In this document: piece by piece, positions 8,642 through 17,708 of the stretch
Layout of the letters: each line of letters begins with the position of its first letter
How positions within the stretch are numbered: the stretch's first letter is position 1
Notes under the pieces: generated by a model
Database searches by the model: none
Seen by the model: only the letters and a program-made list of their open reading frames with translations
Told to the model about the DNA's origin: nothing
Position numbers and translations under genes: made by a program
From: Candidatus Velamenicoccus archaeovorus
GTDB lineage: Bacteria; Omnitrophota; Gorgyraeia; Velamenicoccales; Velamenicoccaceae
Direction: 5' to 3'
DNA: 32,000 bases
Assembly: GCF_004102945.1 (NCBI RefSeq)
Contig: NZ_CP019384.1
Coordinates: 570,001-602,000 of the forward strand

Positions 8642-9385
8642 GTGCCGTCTTATAAAACTTTGGGATGCGGCGTCGCCGGTTTGTTGTGGCTGGCGGCAGT
8701 GCCGTTTGTCTCTGCTGCGGAACTTAAACCTGCTTCGTCCGGGGCCGCCGGTAAGGCCATGGCGGCAGAGGAGGAGACGAATATTTCCGTCCTTGAAGAC
8801 CTGATGCGGGAGCACGGCGTCCTTGACCGGCTCCTTCTCATTTATGAAGAGCTTTTGAGACGGCTGGAGGCGGACAAGCCTTTTCCACCCGAGACCCTCC
8901 GTTCCGCAACGGATATCATCCGGGATTTCATCCAGGATTATCACGAGCGGCTCGAGGAAAAATATGTCTTTGTGAAGTTTCGTTATGCGCAGGCTTTTGA
9001 AGAGATGATCACAGCGCTCCAGCGTCAGCACGAGGCGGGGCGCTTGCTGGTTAAAGACATCGTTTCTTGCGAAGACCTTCGAAGCCCGGATGAAAAAAAG
9101 AAATTGATGGCGTCGATGCGCGCATTCATCCGGATGTACCGTCCCCATAAGGCCCGCGAAGACACTGTTGTCTTCCCGACTTTCCATGCCCTTACATATG
9201 TTTCCGAATACGATATGCTGGGCGATATCTTCGAGCAGGAGGAGGTCAGGCATCTGGGCAGTGGCGGTTTCGATAAGATCGTCAGCCGCGTGGAGGCCCT
9301 TGAAAAGAAACTCGGTATTTATGATTTATCGTCATTCACACCTCTGCCGGCCGCAGAGTCCCGCGGTAAGGGGGAGGGGGCCTGA
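8642..9385 (+). CDS. Secreted hemerythrin-like (HHE cation-binding) domain protein
   Basis: GTG start after the RBS aaggaggga. Signal-peptide-like N-terminus GLLWLAAVPFVSAAE. The helical body with LMREHGVLDRLL, DYHERLEEKYVF and HKAREDTVVFP resembles hemerythrin-type His/Glu ligand spacing. Confidence 0.65.
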   Translation: MPSYKTLGCGVAGLLWLAAVPFVSAAELKPASSGAAGKAMAAEEETNISVLEDLMREHGVLDRLLLIYEELLRRLEADKPFPPETLRSATDIIRDFIQDYHERLEEKYVFVKFRYAQAFEEMITALQRQHEAGRLLVKDIVSCEDLRSPDEKKKLMASMRAFIRMYRPHKAREDTVVFPTFHALTYVSEYDMLGDIFEQEEVRHLGSGGFDKIVSRVEALEKKLGIYDLSSFTPLPAAESRGKGEGA

Positions 9386-10863
9386 TGCCGGTATCCATTG
9401 AGTTCATTTTGCTCTGGGTTTCTGTACTGATTTTGATCAGTATTTTTTCAAGCAAGCTTTCGGACAAGTTCGCCGTCCCGGCGTTATTGTTGTTTTTGAT
9501 CATCGGGATGCTGGCGGGATTCGAAGGGCCCGGCGGGATCTATTTCGACGATCCGTATCTGGCGAAGACGATCGGCATCATCGCGCTCATCTTCATTATC
9601 TTTTCAGGCGGCCTGGACACCAGTTGGAAAGAGATCCGTCCCGTGGCCTTGCCGGGTTTTTTCCTCGCGACAGCCGGCGTTTTCCTGACGGCCTTCATCG
9701 TCGGGGTCTTCTCCGTCTTTATCCTGAAGTTTTCGCTCTTGGAGGGGCTATTGCTCGGCGCCATCGTTTCTTCCACGGATGCGGCGGCCGTCTTCAGCGT
9801 CCTGCGGTCCAGGCATATCAGTCTCAAGAGCCCTCTGAAGCCGATGCTTGAGCTGGAATCCGGCAGCAACGACCCCATGGCCGTCTTTTTGACATTGAGT
9901 TTCATCAGCATGCTGACGGTGAAAAACATAGGCGTCATCGCCTTGACGTCTCGTTTCGTGCTGGATATGGGCGGCGGCGCTCTTGTGGGATATGCCATGG
10001 CGAAGATGAGCGTCTGGCTCATCGGTAGGCTTAAGCTGGAATACGACGGGCTTTATCCGGTCCTGACGGTTTCGCTGGTGCTCCTGACGTATTCGCTGGC
10101 CGCGCTTTTGCAATGCAACGGGTTTCTGGCGGTTTTTCTGGTCGGATTGATCATGGGGAAGCATGAGTTCCTCAACAAAAAAATGATCATGAGGTTCCAC
10201 GACGGCCTTGCCTGGCTCATGCAGATCGTAATGTTCCTGACGTTGGGCCTTTTGGTTTTTCCATCCCATCTTTTGCCGGTCATGGGTGCGGGCCTTTTGA
10301 TTGCGATCGTCCTGATGGTCCTGGCTCGTCCCGTCAGCGTCCTGATGTGCCTTCTGCCATTCCCGATGGTCCTGAGGAAAAAGATCATGGTGGCGTGGGT
10401 GGGTCTCAGGGGCGCGGCGCCGATTGTCCTGGCTACTTTCCCTTTGCTTGCAGGCATTCCGCAGGCGGATACGATCTTCAACGTGGTTTTCTTTGTCGTC
10501 CTGACCTCAGTTCTGATCCAGGGGACATCCATTCCTCTTGTTTCACGGATCCTGAATGTTGACGCCCCTATGGCCAACAAGCGCCGCTATCCCATTGAAT
10601 TCGAGAAGATAGAAGGCATCGATGCGGAATTGACCGATCTGATCGTTCCTTATGTTTCAGAAGCGGTCGGCAAGCAGCTTATGGAATTAAACATGCCGGG
10701 CAAGTGTCTGATCGTGCTGATTTCCCGGGGGGACAGGTACATCATTCCTGCAGGCCAGACGGTCATTGAGGGCGGCGACGTATTGCTTGTGCTTGCCAAT
10801 GAGCACGACCTGGCTGCATTGCAAAAAAAACTGGCAAGCCTGAGGGAAGAAGACAATGCGTAG
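9385..10863 (+). CDS. Monovalent cation/H+ antiporter (NhaP2/CvrA type) with a C-terminal TrkA-C (RCK_C) domain
   Basis: About 11-13 hydrophobic segments and the ESGSNDPMAV motif typical of CPA1 exchangers. The C-terminal soluble domain (VSEAVGKQLMELNMPGKCLIVLISRGDRYIIPAGQTVIEGGDVLLVL) is TrkA-C-like. TGATG overlap with the previous gene. Confidence 0.85.
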   Translation: MPVSIEFILLWVSVLILISIFSSKLSDKFAVPALLLFLIIGMLAGFEGPGGIYFDDPYLAKTIGIIALIFIIFSGGLDTSWKEIRPVALPGFFLATAGVFLTAFIVGVFSVFILKFSLLEGLLLGAIVSSTDAAAVFSVLRSRHISLKSPLKPMLELESGSNDPMAVFLTLSFISMLTVKNIGVIALTSRFVLDMGGGALVGYAMAKMSVWLIGRLKLEYDGLYPVLTVSLVLLTYSLAALLQCNGFLAVFLVGLIMGKHEFLNKKMIMRFHDGLAWLMQIVMFLTLGLLVFPSHLLPVMGAGLLIAIVLMVLARPVSVLMCLLPFPMVLRKKIMVAWVGLRGAAPIVLATFPLLAGIPQADTIFNVVFFVVLTSVLIQGTSIPLVSRILNVDAPMANKRRYPIEFEKIEGIDAELTDLIVPYVSEAVGKQLMELNMPGKCLIVLISRGDRYIIPAGQTVIEGGDVLLVLANEHDLAALQKKLASLREEDNA

Positions 10864-11215
10864 GTCCCGGCGGAGACAAGGATCCAGGACGAAAAAACGA
10901 AAATTCAGGAGGAACGGCAGGTTTTTTGTCTATATCGTTGAATGCAGCGACGGCACGTATTATACGGGCTATACCCCTTGTTTGAAGAGACGGATCGGGC
11001 TGCACAACAAAGGCAAAGGCGCCAGGTATACGCGGGACAGAGGGCCGGTGAAACTCGTCTGGCACAAGCGGTACCGGAATTTCAAGCCGGCCTTTTTGGA
11101 AGAAAAGAGGATCAAGACCTTGACCCGTAGGCAAAAAGAGGCCCTGGTGAAGGGGCTCAAGTCGAGGGTAATCCTCAAAAAGGGCGGACGATCGGTAAAG
11201 AGGGGCCGTCGATGA
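10856..11215 (+). CDS. GIY-YIG nuclease-family small protein with an Arg/Lys-rich N-terminal tail
   Basis: FFVYIVECSDGTYYTGYT....R...HN.G.GA.YT matches the GIY-YIG (YhbQ-like) core. It overlaps the antiporter stop by 8 nt. Confidence 0.75.
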   Translation: MRRSRRRQGSRTKKRKFRRNGRFFVYIVECSDGTYYTGYTPCLKRRIGLHNKGKGARYTRDRGPVKLVWHKRYRNFKPAFLEEKRIKTLTRRQKEALVKGLKSRVILKKGGRSVKRGRR

Positions 11216-13035
11216 ATTTCAGGAAGGACCCGGATTCCCTGAAGAGAACTTTGTGCGCAGCCATGGGTCTCGTTCTTGTTTTTATCGTCTTTCGGCCTTT
11301 CTTTCATGCCCAATTTTTGAGTCTCGATGACCCCCAGTATATTACGCAGAATCCTCTTCTGGGGGCGTTCAGTTGGCACGCGGTTAGGCGTATTTGGGGG
11401 AATTTTTATTTCGGACAGTACCAGCCTCTCGTGCATCTGACCTATCTTTTGGAGCGCCACCTTCTTGGAAACGATCCCTTTGTCTACCGTTTCACGAACA
11501 TCCTTCTGCATGCCGCCAACACAGGTTTGGTCTATGTATGGATAAGCCGGCTGACGAAGAGCCGGTTGACGGGCATCCTGACGGCTTTGTTGTTCGGCTT
11601 GCATCCGTTACGCGTTGAATCCGTGGCCTGGCTCAGCGCCAGAAAGGACGTTCTGTTCGGTTTCTTTTATCTTTTGGGAATGAACGCTTACCTGGCCTAT
11701 CTCCGTTGCGGCCGGAAGCGTGACTATCTGTTCGCCGGGATATTTTTCTTTCTGAGCCTTTTGTCGAAAGCGGCGCTGGCCGTGACGTGGCCGCTGGCGG
11801 CAGTCATGGTAGACGGCTACGAAGGAAGATGGAGGGAGAAGGGGGCCTGGCTCGAAAAGATCCCCTTTTTCTTCCTGGCCTCCATTTTTATTTTTATCAT
11901 ATTTTCCGCGGCGCGGTCATTCCCGTTGATCGTCCTGCCGGCCCACTCTTTCGTTGCCTTCAGGGTGGCATGCAGTTGCAGCGCGATCCTGTTGTATGCG
12001 GGTAAAATGCTGTGTCCTGTCCGCCTATCGGCCGTTTACGCATGGCCGCTGGGATGGCAGATGGAGGCGGCCGCCGTTTTTCTTTCCTTGTTGCTTTTGG
12101 GCCTTGCGTATGCCGTCAGGCGGCTGCCGCCTTCGAGCCGGAGGAATATCTTTTTCGGTCTCGGCATTTTTTTGACAGGGATCCTTCCGGCATTGCATCT
12201 GTTCGCCGCCGGCCAGACGATGTTCGCCGCAGACCGCTATACCTATATCGCGTCTATCGGGTTGAGTTATCTTGCGGCCCTGGGAGGCGTGTGGTTATTT
12301 TCGATCGGGCGCAGGTTTTTCTTTGTCTGTTCTGTGACGGTTGCGGCCGGGATTTTTGCGCTGGGTGTTTTGACCTGGCAAAGGACGGCGGCATGGAAGG
12401 ACAATGGTGTTTTCTGGACAGACGTTTTGGCTAAATGTCCGTTGTTTATCGACGGCTACCTTAATCGAGGAGACTATTTCGTGGAACAGAAGGATGAAGA
12501 CAAAGCGCTGAAGGATTATGCCGCAGGCCTGGCGATGACCAGCCGTTTCTTTGCAGCTGAAGAAGCCGCGGAGGCGGGAGGGTTTTCTGAACGGCAGGGT
12601 TGGTCTGATGATCCATTCCTGCAGAACGAGTCCTTCTTCATCAAGGATGTCGATCCCCGTTCGAGGTTCCTTGTCCGGATGGCATTGGCCCGCGCTTTCA
12701 AAGGAGACGATGTTGCCAGCGCCGCTTTGCTCAAAAAGGCCTCGGATTATTTCGATGGCATCGGTTATTTTCCAAAAGATATCAGCCTCCAGAGCTATCT
12801 TTTAATGGGCTTTTTAAAACAGGCGGCCGGCGACCGGCAGGAGGCTGAGATCTTCTACCGCAAGGCCTGGGAGATTTATCCTCCTTACGCCACCGTTTTT
12901 AAGAATAGGGCGTATTTTTATATTGCGATCGGCCGGCCCGGCGAGGCGGTCGAGATGCTGCGGGGCCTGCAGGTCAATACCATGGGGGTCATTCCTTTTG
13001 CGGCCCACGGGGATGACTTTGATGCCCGCCGCTAA
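11212..13035 (+). CDS. TMTC/PMT_2-like polytopic membrane protein with a C-terminal TPR region (putative glycosyltransferase)
   Basis: N-terminal F.SLDDPQYITQNPLL motif followed by more than 8 hydrophobic segments, as in DUF1736/TMTC-like proteins. The C-terminal ~200 aa are helical-repeat-like. ATGA overlap with the previous gene. Confidence 0.7.
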   Translation: MNFRKDPDSLKRTLCAAMGLVLVFIVFRPFFHAQFLSLDDPQYITQNPLLGAFSWHAVRRIWGNFYFGQYQPLVHLTYLLERHLLGNDPFVYRFTNILLHAANTGLVYVWISRLTKSRLTGILTALLFGLHPLRVESVAWLSARKDVLFGFFYLLGMNAYLAYLRCGRKRDYLFAGIFFFLSLLSKAALAVTWPLAAVMVDGYEGRWREKGAWLEKIPFFFLASIFIFIIFSAARSFPLIVLPAHSFVAFRVACSCSAILLYAGKMLCPVRLSAVYAWPLGWQMEAAAVFLSLLLLGLAYAVRRLPPSSRRNIFFGLGIFLTGILPALHLFAAGQTMFAADRYTYIASIGLSYLAALGGVWLFSIGRRFFFVCSVTVAAGIFALGVLTWQRTAAWKDNGVFWTDVLAKCPLFIDGYLNRGDYFVEQKDEDKALKDYAAGLAMTSRFFAAEEAAEAGGFSERQGWSDDPFLQNESFFIKDVDPRSRFLVRMALARAFKGDDVASAALLKKASDYFDGIGYFPKDISLQSYLLMGFLKQAAGDRQEAEIFYRKAWEIYPPYATVFKNRAYFYIAIGRPGEAVEMLRGLQVNTMGVIPFAAHGDDFDARR

Positions 13036-13148
13036 AGATCGGCGGGTCCGCCTAAGTTGTGGTGGCGGAAATGCGGTTGCCTTTGGGAGGGAGCCCTCCC
13101 GGACAGCCAATAGGATTATTCGGAGAATTGTTCCCAAGAAAAAAGGAG

Positions 13149-13169
13149 CCCCGGACTTAAGGTCCGGGG
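13149..13169 (-). terminator. GC hairpin with a flanking A-run (terminator-like only when read on the minus strand)
   Basis: CCCCGGAC-ttaag-GTCCGGGG, an 8-bp stem. It is preceded on the + strand by aagaaaaaagga, so a U-tract follows the hairpin only on the minus strand. No U-tract follows it on the + strand. Confidence 0.25.
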
Positions 13170-13205
13170 GGATTCCACTGATTTAGAGCGAGGGGCCGAG
13201 GAAGA

Positions 13206-13667
13206 ATGTCCAAGAGAAGCATCAAGGATATGGTGAGCGCTTTGGCAAAGGTGCTTAAAGAGCACCATGCCCCGCATGAGGTCGCCCTGGGCGTCGCCAT
13301 CGGCGCTTTTATTGCCGTTTTGCCTTTGTACGGTTTTCACACATTGCTTTGCGTGATTGCGGCGGTTCTCGTCCCCCGCGCCAATAAATTAGCCATACTG
13401 CTGGGTACGAATATCTCGCTGCCTCCGACCATAGCCACCATTACATGGACGTCTTACGATATCGGCCGCCTGATCTTGGCTCACAAGCGCTACCCGCCGC
13501 TTTCCTGGGAATACGTCAGAAATTTCAGCATTTCCAGGTTCAACGAGTTCTATTACCCTTTGTTCACAGGAAGCCTCGTTTTGGGATTGATATGCGCCGT
13601 GGTTTTTTATGTGATCACATGGGCTGTCGCCAGCCGCATGGGGAGGAAGCATTCTCTTGGAAAATAA
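13206..13667 (+). CDS. DUF2062-family membrane protein
   Basis: P.E.ALGVAIGAFIAVLPLYGFHTLL...A......N....LLGTNISLPP pattern and 3-4 TM segments, as I recall for DUF2062. Confidence 0.7.
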   Translation: MSKRSIKDMVSALAKVLKEHHAPHEVALGVAIGAFIAVLPLYGFHTLLCVIAAVLVPRANKLAILLGTNISLPPTIATITWTSYDIGRLILAHKRYPPLSWEYVRNFSISRFNEFYYPLFTGSLVLGLICAVVFYVITWAVASRMGRKHSLGK

Positions 13668-14343
13668 TACCTCTTGCGTCATCCGTAAATATATTCCCAA
13701 CGACCGGCCTGCCGTGCGGCGGATCAGCGTGCAGACGGCATTGATGGGCGATCCGGGCACTGTTTTTTTTGACGACGATGAGACTCTCGCCGATGCCCTT
13801 ACGATTTATTTCACCGATCATGAGCCGGGATCGTGTTTTGTCGCCGTCTGCGGCGGGAAGGTCGCCGGCTATGTGCTGGGAGCCACGGATGTGCGGCGCA
13901 TGGATAAAATATTCGGGACAAAAATCCTCCCGTTTTTATTGCCGAAGGCTTTCCGCCGCGGGACTTTCTTGTGCAGGAAGAATCTGCGTTTTCTGTTTCA
14001 CGTGTTCCTGAGTTTGCTGAAAGGCGAATTCCGGACGCCGGTCTTCTCAGAGGAGTATCCGGCGGCCCTGCACATCAATATCGACAAGGAGTTTCGTGCG
14101 TTGGGAATCGGTTCAAAACTGATCCATGTCTACCTGGATTATCTGAAAAAAGAGGGGGTCGCGGGGGTCCATTTTGCGACCATGTCTGAAAAAGCGGCAG
14201 GGTTTTTCGAAAAGAACGGTTTCCGGCGCCTATTTTCGGGGAAGCGGTCTTATTTCAGGTACTTTTTAGGCAGGGATCTTCTCCTGGCTATTTATGGCAT
14301 GCGCCTGGCCCCGGCGAAAGCGCAGGTTTGTCCACAAAGATAA
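13657..14343 (+). CDS. GNAT-family N-acetyltransferase
   Basis: Acetyl-CoA-binding core HINIDKEFRALGIGSKLI and the C-terminal FFEKNGFRR. TTG start at 13657, preceded by ggaggaag; it overlaps the DUF2062 stop. Confidence 0.75.
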   Translation: MENNTSCVIRKYIPNDRPAVRRISVQTALMGDPGTVFFDDDETLADALTIYFTDHEPGSCFVAVCGGKVAGYVLGATDVRRMDKIFGTKILPFLLPKAFRRGTFLCRKNLRFLFHVFLSLLKGEFRTPVFSEEYPAALHINIDKEFRALGIGSKLIHVYLDYLKKEGVAGVHFATMSEKAAGFFEKNGFRRLFSGKRSYFRYFLGRDLLLAIYGMRLAPAKAQVCPQR

Positions 14344-14359
14344 AAGAGAGGGAGCGGGC

Positions 14360-16948
14360 ATGATCAGCACGGGAGACAAAGGGTTGGATCAGGTCATCAC
14401 CGGTTTGCAACTGGGGGACAATGTCGTCTGGCAGATGGATTCCATCGACGATTACCGGGGGGTTGTCCTGCCTTTTGTGAAAAAATCCTGCGAGGAGAAG
14501 AAGAGGGTCGTCTACATACGTTTCGCCAATCACAAGCCCCTTTTGAAAAGCTCCAAAAACGTCGTGACGTATCGGCTGGATGCCTCGGAGGGCTTCGAAT
14601 CTTTTTCGGCCCAGATCAACCGCATCATCCGCAAGGAAGGCGAGGGGGTTTATTACGTTTTTGATTGCCTTTCGGATCTTCTTTTCGCCTGGTCCAACGA
14701 CCTGATGATAGGGAATTTCTTTAAAATCACCTGTCCGTTTCTTTTCGAGCTGCATACGATCGCCTATTTTTCGATTTTGCGCCACCGGCATTCCTTCATG
14801 ACGGTGGCGCGTATCCGCGACACCACCCAGCTCCTTGTCGATGTCTACCATCACAAGAACAACTATTATATCCATCCGCTGAAGGTCTGGAACCGCTACT
14901 CCCCGACGATGTTTTTGCCCCACATCAGAAAAGGCGGCCGCTTCGTCCCTATCGCCAGCAGCGGCGATACGGCCCGGTTGTTCTCCAGCGTCTTTAAAAG
15001 CGGCGAGAGGAGCGTCAAGCAGAAACTGGACTACTGGGACAGGCTTTTTATGAAAGCCGAAGACCTTTGCAGCCGTGCGGGCGTCTCGCGCGCCAAAAGG
15101 GAACAGCTGGCCGGCCAGATCTCCAGGCTCATCATCTCGCGCGACGAGAAGATATTGCGGCTGGCTGAGGATTATCTGACGCTGGAGGATTTTTTGACGA
15201 TCAGGTCGCGGATGATCGGGACCGGTTTTATCGGCGGCAAGTCGGTCGGAATGCTGGTGGCCCGCAATATTCTCCTGAAGGAGAAAACGCTCCAGGCGGA
15301 GAAGTTTTTTGAGCCGCACGATTCTTTTTATGTCGGCTCGGACGTCTTCTATACCTATATCGTCGAGAACGGCTGGTGGAAGGAGCTGATGGCGCAGCGG
15401 ACAAAAGACGGTTATTTCAGGCTTGCCCGCGGCCTGCGGGATAAGCTGTCGGGCGGCGTTTTCCCCGAGGAGATCAAGGAGCAATTCCGGCGCATCATCG
15501 ATTATTTCGGCCAGTCGCCGATCATCGTGCGTTCCAGCAGCTTGCTGGAAGACAGCTACGGCAACGTCTTTGCCGGCAAGTACGAGAGCGTTTTTTTGGT
15601 CAATCAGGGGACGCCGGAAGAGCGGTTGGCCGCGTTCCTCGGGGCCGTCCACAGGGTCTACGCCTCGACCATGAGCGAGGATGCCCTGGCTTACCGTCTT
15701 AAACGGGGGTTGGACAAAGTCGACGAGCAGATGGCCTTGTTGGTCCAGCGCGTCTCCGGCGCCTTCCATAAGGGATATTTTTTCCCGGATGTCGCCGGTG
15801 TCGGGATCTCCTATAATACCTTTGTCTGGAATAAATCCATGGATCCGGAGGCCGGGATGTTGCGTCTGGTCCTTGGTCTGGGGACGAGGGCCGTCAACCG
15901 CGTCGAGGGCGACTATCCGCGCATTGCGGCTTTGGATGAGCCGTTGCTCAAGGCCCATGCCGGCGCCGGAGACGCGCGGAAATTTTCCCAGCATGACGTG
16001 GACGTGCTTCATATAAAAGAAAACGCCTTTCAGACGGTTTCTTTGGATGATCTTCTTGGCAAAAAGATAGATGTGCATCTGGACCTGATAGGGACGCAGG
16101 ATCATGAGGCCCAAGGCGCGGATGGCGGGCAGGAGCCCCGCTGGATCATCACCTTTGACAGGCTCCTGTCGCAGAACGGATTCAGGCAGAAGATGCAAAA
16201 GCTCTTGAAAGCCCTGGAGAAGGCCTATGGATACCCTGTCGATATCGAATTTACCGTGAATTTCAAGGAAAGAGGGGAATTCCAGCTCAATCTTCTGCAG
16301 TGCAGACCTATGTTGACCAAGGGCCTGGGGAGCAGGGTCGTCATTCCCGACAAGATAGCCGAAGAGGCCGTCGTTTTCGCATCCAGCGGCCACTTTATGG
16401 GCGGCAACATCTCTCTGGCCATCGACAGGATCATTTATGTGGATCCGCAGGCCTATTGCGCCATCGAGTCCCAATCCGGAAAATACGATATCGCGCGCGC
16501 CATCGGAGACATCAACAGGCAGGTTTCCGACAAGGAGAAATGCGCGGCCATACTGTTGGGGCCGGGCCGATGGGGGACGAGCACCCCGTCGCTGGGGGTC
16601 CCGGTTTCGTTTGCAGAGATCGACAATATGTCTGTCCTGGGGGAGCTGGCTTTCTCGGGCAACAATGTCATGCCGGAACTCTCCTACGGGACCCATTTTT
16701 TCCAGGATCTGGTGGAATCCGGCATTTTCTATCTGTCCCTTTACCCCGATAACCAGGGCGTATATATCAATCATAACATCCTGGATGCGCAATCAAAGAC
16801 GTTATCCGAATATTTCCCCCAATACAAAAAATATGAGCATGTCATCAGGATATTCGACGTCAAGGACAAAGGGGTGAGGCTTGCCGCCGACATCATGACG
16901 CAAAAAGTGATGTGTTATTTCAGCGAAACAGAGCCACAGAAGGGCTGA
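14360..16948 (+). CDS. PEP/pyruvate-binding (PPDK_N/PEP-synthase-like ATP-grasp) protein with an N-terminal KaiC/RecA-like domain lacking a P-loop
   Basis: The central region (GGKSVGMLVARNIL, IIVRSSSLLEDSYGNVFAGKYESV, MALLVQRV, EFQLNLLQCRPM) matches the PPDK_N family. The N-terminus STGDKGLDQVITGLQLGDNVVW resembles a KaiC-type fold. Start set at the ATG at 14360. Confidence 0.8.
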   Translation: MISTGDKGLDQVITGLQLGDNVVWQMDSIDDYRGVVLPFVKKSCEEKKRVVYIRFANHKPLLKSSKNVVTYRLDASEGFESFSAQINRIIRKEGEGVYYVFDCLSDLLFAWSNDLMIGNFFKITCPFLFELHTIAYFSILRHRHSFMTVARIRDTTQLLVDVYHHKNNYYIHPLKVWNRYSPTMFLPHIRKGGRFVPIASSGDTARLFSSVFKSGERSVKQKLDYWDRLFMKAEDLCSRAGVSRAKREQLAGQISRLIISRDEKILRLAEDYLTLEDFLTIRSRMIGTGFIGGKSVGMLVARNILLKEKTLQAEKFFEPHDSFYVGSDVFYTYIVENGWWKELMAQRTKDGYFRLARGLRDKLSGGVFPEEIKEQFRRIIDYFGQSPIIVRSSSLLEDSYGNVFAGKYESVFLVNQGTPEERLAAFLGAVHRVYASTMSEDALAYRLKRGLDKVDEQMALLVQRVSGAFHKGYFFPDVAGVGISYNTFVWNKSMDPEAGMLRLVLGLGTRAVNRVEGDYPRIAALDEPLLKAHAGAGDARKFSQHDVDVLHIKENAFQTVSLDDLLGKKIDVHLDLIGTQDHEAQGADGGQEPRWIITFDRLLSQNGFRQKMQKLLKALEKAYGYPVDIEFTVNFKERGEFQLNLLQCRPMLTKGLGSRVVIPDKIAEEAVVFASSGHFMGGNISLAIDRIIYVDPQAYCAIESQSGKYDIARAIGDINRQVSDKEKCAAILLGPGRWGTSTPSLGVPVSFAEIDNMSVLGELAFSGNNVMPELSYGTHFFQDLVESGIFYLSLYPDNQGVYINHNILDAQSKTLSEYFPQYKKYEHVIRIFDVKDKGVRLAADIMTQKVMCYFSETEPQKG

Positions 16949-16991
16949 CGGTCCGGTTTTGTCTGTTTGCTGCGCGGACGAGGAGGAAGAT

Positions 16992-17675
16992 ATGAACGGG
17001 AAATTGGTGGAGAATATCGCCAACAATATGCGGCCCAAAGACACCCGGGAATTGCTCGATCTTTACGTAGAAAATGACAGGGAACAATATTCCGAGGAGG
17101 CGTTCGAGGCGATCAGGCAATTGTTCCGGGAGAGGGGGCAGTCCATCCCTGCGCAAAAAGAAACGGCGCCGGCGAAGGAACAGGATGCGGCCGTTTCCCA
17201 GGCTGAAATTGAAAAGTCCGTAAAAATCAGCAGGAATACGCTGTTGATATGGGGGTGCATCGGGACGGCATTATGGTTTTTTGCCGGCGCCGAAGACAGA
17301 AGGATCATCACGGTCCATTTCGAGCCTCTCAGGCCTTTGCTGTGGTTCCTTGTATACGGCGGCTTAGTCATCGGCCTGATTATGCTCGCTTTAGGCATCT
17401 CGGCATTTTTCATCAAAAAAACCAAAACTCTGTTATTGACCGGGCTCATGTTGATGATGATCGGGATATTGAATATTGGATATCCCTTTTTGATCTCTTG
17501 GGCCCTTGGGGAATACGGCCACGACGTTGATCCGGCAGCAATCATTTTCGATGCAGGAAATAAATTCTGGATATTTCTCGGATTATTGCAGATGGGATGG
17601 GGTGTCACCAATGTTGAGATGTATCTGAAAATAAGACGCCATGCAGCCGCAGACAGGGTATCTTCAATCCGTTGA
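16992..17675 (+). CDS. Hypothetical membrane protein (soluble N-terminal helix region plus ~5 TM segments)
   Basis: The ATG at 16992 is preceded by aggaggaaga. Hydrophobic segments run from about aa 85 onward. I recognise no family. Confidence 0.55.
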   Translation: MNGKLVENIANNMRPKDTRELLDLYVENDREQYSEEAFEAIRQLFRERGQSIPAQKETAPAKEQDAAVSQAEIEKSVKISRNTLLIWGCIGTALWFFAGAEDRRIITVHFEPLRPLLWFLVYGGLVIGLIMLALGISAFFIKKTKTLLLTGLMLMMIGILNIGYPFLISWALGEYGHDVDPAAIIFDAGNKFWIFLGLLQMGWGVTNVEMYLKIRRHAAADRVSSIR

Positions 17676-17708
17676 TACAAGTCGTGCAGCGATCACCTGG
17701 GAGATGAG

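Noticed and set aside
8543-11604. Minus-strand ORFs 8543-9253 (236 aa), 9540-10580 (several) and 10969-11604 (211 aa)
   Set aside because: These are shadow ORFs opposite the hemerythrin-like, antiporter, GIY-YIG and TMTC-like genes. They have no RBS or motif support.
14288-16792. 834-aa ORF on the minus strand, the second longest in the window
   Set aside because: It is exactly antisense to the PEP/pyruvate-binding gene, whose + strand product has clear family motifs. The minus-strand translation is Arg/Pro/Gly/Asp-rich with no motifs. This is a typical shadow ORF in GC-rich coding DNA.
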